A DNA stretch of 53,017 bases from an uncultured Candidatus Saccharibacteria bacterium (GTDB lineage: Bacteria; Patescibacteriota; Minisyncoccia; Minisyncoccales; CAZPAG01): assembly GCA_964584545.1 (NCBI GenBank), contig CAZPAG010000002.1, positions 1-53,017 on the forward strand, given 5' to 3'. The translations under genes were made by a program, and so were the position numbers. Below, one piece after another: positions 51,962 through 53,017 of the stretch (positions are counted from its first letter, which is position 1; each line of letters starts with the position of its first letter). The notes beneath the pieces are model-generated. The model searched no databases. It was not told the DNA's origin and saw only the letters and a list, made by a program, of their open reading frames with translations.

Positions 51962-52969
51962 TCAAAACTGATTTAAAAATCTTAAATCTCCTGAGCGGAA
52001 TAATCTTATATCGTTAATCCTGTATTTCATCATGGTTAATCTTTCCAATCCAAACCCGAAAGCCCATCCCTGCCATTTGCCTCGAATATAGCCTGAATTC
52101 TTAAAAACATTCTGGTTGACCATGCCGGCTCCGGCCACTTCAACCCAGCCCGTTCCTTTGCAAACAGAACATCCTTTTCCTCCGCAAACAACGCAGGTAA
52201 TGCTTATATCAAAAGACGGCTCGGTGAAAGGAAAAAAATCCGGCCTTAATCTGAATTTAACTTCTTTCTGAAAAAATCTCCTGAAAAATTCCCCTACTAC
52301 CGCCTTGAAATTAGGAACTGAAATTCCCTTATCAACCATCAGTCCTTCAACCTGATAAAGCTGAAATTCATGGGAGGCGTCGGTAGCTTCATGACGAAAG
52401 ACATTCCCTGGCGCTATTATCCTCAGAGGAGGATTATTTTTTTCCATGTAGCGCACCTGGACCGGCGAAGTATGAGTCCTCAGTAATAACCTGAGATTTT
52501 CCGGCTTCAACCAAAAAGTGTCCCACAGGTCCCTGGCCGGATGATTTTTCGGGATATTTAAAGCGTCGAAATTATACCACTCTGTTTCAATTTCCGGCCC
52601 TTCAACAACAGAGAATCCCATTGATCGAAAAATTTCCTCAACCTTTCTTTTTGTTTGAGTCAAAGGATGCAAATGGCCCAACCTTGGTCTCTTCCCGGGA
52701 GCTGTAATATCGATCCAATCTTTTGCCTCCTGGCTCTTCCTAATTTTAAACTTAATCTCCTCTGATTTTTTTTCAAAACCTGCCTTTAAAAATTCTTTAA
52801 CTTTGTTAGCGGCTTTGCCTACCTTTGCCCTTTTATCTTTTGGAAGCTTTTCCAAGGAGCCTAAAACCTGGCCAATCTTACCTTCTTTGCCCAAATATTT
52901 ATTGAAAACATCGTTCAATTCTTTTAAATCTTTAGCTTTATCCAACTCTATTTTAGCCTGTATTCTCAC
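51962..52969 (-). CDS. pheS: phenylalanyl-tRNA synthetase alpha subunit
   Basis: HPLTQ, HPARDLWDTF, LRTHTSPVQVR, FRHEATDASH, FPFTEPS and GFGLERL. GTG start. Confidence 0.95.
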   Translation of the reverse strand: MRIQAKIELDKAKDLKELNDVFNKYLGKEGKIGQVLGSLEKLPKDKRAKVGKAANKVKEFLKAGFEKKSEEIKFKIRKSQEAKDWIDITAPGKRPRLGHLHPLTQTKRKVEEIFRSMGFSVVEGPEIETEWYNFDALNIPKNHPARDLWDTFWLKPENLRLLLRTHTSPVQVRYMEKNNPPLRIIAPGNVFRHEATDASHEFQLYQVEGLMVDKGISVPNFKAVVGEFFRRFFQKEVKFRLRPDFFPFTEPSFDISITCVVCGGKGCSVCKGTGWVEVAGAGMVNQNVFKNSGYIRGKWQGWAFGFGLERLTMMKYRINDIRLFRSGDLRFLNQF

Positions 52970-52974
52970 AGAAT

Positions 52975-53017
52975 CAAGGTTTTTACCGAAAGCAAGGTTC
53001 TTGCCGTAGGCAAGGTT
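52975..53017 (-). repeat. family-3 repeat: CAAGGTT at an exact 18-nt period, three units, running off the window
   Basis: Plus strand reads caaggtttttaccgaaag / caaggttcttgccgtagg / caaggtt at 52975, 52993 and 53011, immediately upstream of pheS. Confidence 0.55.

Overview
This is an AT-rich, compact bacterial segment. Hand counts of sampled 60-nt lines give about one third GC. It is densely packed with housekeeping genes, mostly on the minus strand. These include a Clp/Hsp100 ATPase, prmC, tgt, acyP, rplJ-rplL, mltG, pcm, def and a MacAB-like ABC efflux trio. They also include rpmG, trmD, a KH protein, rpsP, rnc, nusB, rpmF, rnhB, dnaE, thrS, miaB-miaA and gatB. The remainder are deoC, folA, thyA, a dCMP deaminase, rplK, nusG, secE, gyrB and pheST, plus four tRNAs (Val, Trp, Thr, Tyr). 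By inference it resembles a Patescibacteria/CPR (Parcubacteria-like) genome. The grounds are domain-minimised enzymes, ribosomal proteins with tails, core genes without Shine-Dalgarno sequences, and rplK not followed by rplA. No rRNA, CRISPR array or classical IS element was seen.

The main observations worth a second look are these:
1. A GIY-YIG nuclease gene is nested between GC-rich inverted repeats directly upstream of rpsP, and an ORF-deleted miniature copy sits directly upstream of trmD.
2. A 2.3 kb island of SD-bearing micro-ORFs splits the rpsP / KH-protein / trmD operon. It carries two 84/86-identical structured leaders, twin palindromic operators and an attenuator-like hairpin.
3. 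A six-copy family of GC hairpin plus GGGA(N)CCCTG box lies 17-48 nt upstream of core-gene start codons.
4. A roughly 0.7 kb GC-rich insert encodes a secreted protein.
5. gyrB carries an HNH-containing intein.
6. Two adjacent tRNAs show a joint A18/G55 change.

All family assignments come from motif reading by eye. No database search was possible.
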